Of a DNA stretch of 64,000 nucleotides, positions 62,304 to 64,000 are shown piece by piece. How positions within the stretch are numbered: position 1 is the stretch's first letter; the number at the start of each line of letters is the position of its first letter. Made by a program: the position numbers and the translations under genes. The notes below the pieces were generated by a model, which saw only the letters and a list, made by a program, of their open reading frames with translations, was not told where the DNA came from and searched no databases. This DNA comes from Balanoglossus misakiensis (lineage: Eukaryota; Animalia; Hemichordata), in assembly GCA_040954595.2 (NCBI GenBank), contig CM082579.2:12835834-12899833 (forward strand). The letters are read 5' to 3'.

Positions 62304-63568
62304 TCTATGGTAAATGCATTCACATATAATGCATAAGGATCTGGTCCCCAGGACACATATTTCTCCACTTGGTTATTTTGTCTTGATGCAAAGAGATCAA
62401 TATCTGGTGTATTCCATTTATTGCCGATTTTTCTAAAGATATTCTCATTTAATTTCCATTCTAGCTGATGATCAAAGTGACGTGACACTCTATCAGCTTC
62501 AACATTGTCAATTCCTGCAATATGTGAACATGATATCCAAATATCATTATCAATACATAACTTCCATATATCAACTGCAATTTTATTGCATGTATCTGAT
62601 TTGATTCCTCCCATGTTGCTAATATAACTCACAGCTGTTGTATTATCTGATAATACCTTGACATGTTGACCTTTCAACTTTGGCATGAATGCCCTAAAGG
62701 CAAACTTGATTGCTAAAAGTTCTAATGCATTTATATGCATCTCAGTTTCACTAATAGTCCATGGACCGCCTATCCTAGTCCCCTCTAAATATGCTCCCCA
62801 TCCTTTCAAAGAGGCATCACATTGTAATGTTATATCTGGATTACCCTTTATTATATATCTCTTTTGTACTGTAATATTTTCAATCCACCATTTAAGTTCT
62901 ATTTTCATCTGCGATGTTATAGTCATATTACAATCAAACTGTCCTGCAGATTTTTTCAATGCTTTAATTTTTTCTCTTTCTAGGACTCTGTAATGTAATT
63001 TCCCATATTCAACTGCAGGAAAACTTGCTACTATAAGGCCAATGACTCGAGCCACTTCTCGTATACTTGCCCTATTTTTTACAGTCAATTTTTCACATTC
63101 TACCCTAAGGGTATTCATTTTTTCTTCTGGTAAAGTTACAACCATTTTCCTTGAATCAATTTGCTTTCCTAAGAAAACAATTTTTTGTTGAGGTATGAGA
63201 ACTGATTTCTCCTTATTAATGGTGAACCCCAAGGAGGTCATTAAGCTCATAGTATCTTTGACATTAGTTGTACACTCGCTAGAAGTGTCACCACAAAGCA
63301 GGCTGTCATCAATGAAGCCTGAAATTGTATGTCCCATATTACGTAAATTGGAATAAACTGGTTTCATCAATTTTGTAAACAATCTAGCCCCCTCTGATAC
63401 ACCATTGGGCAAACATGTATATTGATAGATTTTTCCCTTCCATGCAAATCTGAAATACTTTTGCTGTTCTTCAGCAATTTTTACTGAATAATATGCGTGT
63501 CTCAAATCTACTGACGCCATGTATGAATTTTTATTAATAAGAGTGAGGGCTATTTCAAAGGTATCCAT
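61871..63568 (-). CDS. DIRS reverse transcriptase - RNase H - adenine-methyltransferase-like ORF (5' end disrupted)
   Basis: SVDLRHAYY, CLPNG, GFIDD; RNase H CDASLKGWGA, HINALELLA, SDNTTAV; methyltransferase-like DLFAS and YLFPPFSL. The upstream part is broken by a 7-A frameshift and a 172-bp triplication. Confidence 0.9.
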   Translation of the reverse strand: MDTFEIALTLINKNSYMASVDLRHAYYSVKIAEEQQKYFRFAWKGKIYQYTCLPNGVSEGARLFTKLMKPVYSNLRNMGHTISGFIDDSLLCGDTSSECTTNVKDTMSLMTSLGFTINKEKSVLIPQQKIVFLGKQIDSRKMVVTLPEEKMNTLRVECEKLTVKNRASIREVARVIGLIVASFPAVEYGKLHYRVLEREKIKALKKSAGQFDCNMTITSQMKIELKWWIENITVQKRYIIKGNPDITLQCDASLKGWGAYLEGTRIGGPWTISETEMHINALELLAIKFAFRAFMPKLKGQHVKVLSDNTTAVSYISNMGGIKSDTCNKIAVDIWKLCIDNDIWISCSHIAGIDNVEADRVSRHFDHQLEWKLNENIFRKIGNKWNTPDIDLFASRQNNQVEKYVSWGPDPYALYVNAFTIDWGKFNNIYLFPPFSLMGRCVQKIREDKAVGIVVAPLWPTQPWFTKLMGVLIDIPIIIQKVKNLLRLPYLKEQVQHPLEGRLKLIVCKVSGQITDNAEFQNSLPIFSCHHGKKELKNNMRSISRNGFSTVVKNRLIKFHQKWKK

Positions 63569-63961
63569 TTTAAAATGCCTGTAAGGTATTTTATCATTCA
63601 GTTTTTTTCAGATTTAAAAATCTGAAATACTTTTGCTGTTCTTCAGCAATTTTTACTGAATAATATGCGTGTCTCAAATCTACTGACGCCATGTATGAAT
63701 TTTTATTAATAAGAGTGAGGGCTATTTCAAAGGTATCCATTTTAAAATGCCTGTAAGGTATTTTATCATTCAGTTTTTTTCAGATTTAAAAATCTGAAAT
63801 ACTTTTGCTGTTCTTCAGCAATTTTTACTGAATAATATGCGTGTCTCAAATCTACTGACGCCATGTATGAATTTTTATTAATAAGAGTGAGGGCTATTTC
63901 AAAGGTATCCATTTTAAAATGCCTGTAAGGTATTTTATCATTCAGTTTTTTTCAGATTTAA
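63446..63961. repeat. 172-bp tandem triplication inside the DIRS RT gene
   Basis: AAATCTGAAATACTTTTGCTG.. starts at 63446, 63618 and 63790. The copies appear identical. Confidence 0.92.
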
Positions 63962-64000
63962 GACCATTCTATGTTCACCATTCTTTTTGGGAACAACTCT

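Larger units (their letters stand above)
59907..64000 (-). mobile_element. DIRS-type tyrosine-recombinase retrotransposon (3' part; continues beyond window)
   Basis: Overlapping RT-RNaseH-methyltransferase and YR ORFs. The terminal region has an ~90-bp inverted repeat and a 385-bp direct duplication. Confidence 0.92.

Overview
This is AT-rich eukaryotic DNA with spliceosomal introns, probably from a marine invertebrate (inference from the repeat families). It is almost entirely a nest of transposable elements. (1) An apparently intact 6-exon SAM / Zn-finger / shortened-HECT E3 ligase gene (5717-10377, -). A second, degenerate HECT gene lies head-to-head with a decayed integrase-type (IS3EU-like) transposase bounded by 21-bp arrays. 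(2) A complete 8.8-kb Kolobok DNA transposon (16129-24939) with TTAA target duplication and its empty site visible at 57907. It carries an 11-exon DDE transposase and a convergent 3-exon KolX gene (Cys-rich CXC domain plus a P2X7-ballast-like domain). (3) A decayed BEL/Pao retrotransposon interrupted by a LINE. (4) Two inverted 3.7-kb Academ-like non-autonomous elements, a local segmental duplication and a Plavaka/CMC-like transposase pseudogene. (5) Several Helentron-associated (HINE/DINE-like) elements, one holding a 4 x 1.6-kb head-to-tail array inside its (TTA)n tract. (6) A DIRS tyrosine-recombinase retrotransposon running off the right edge. I recognised no rRNA, tRNA or CRISPR array. 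Family names come from motif recognition and recalled family properties, not database searches. Exon models were spliced by hand.
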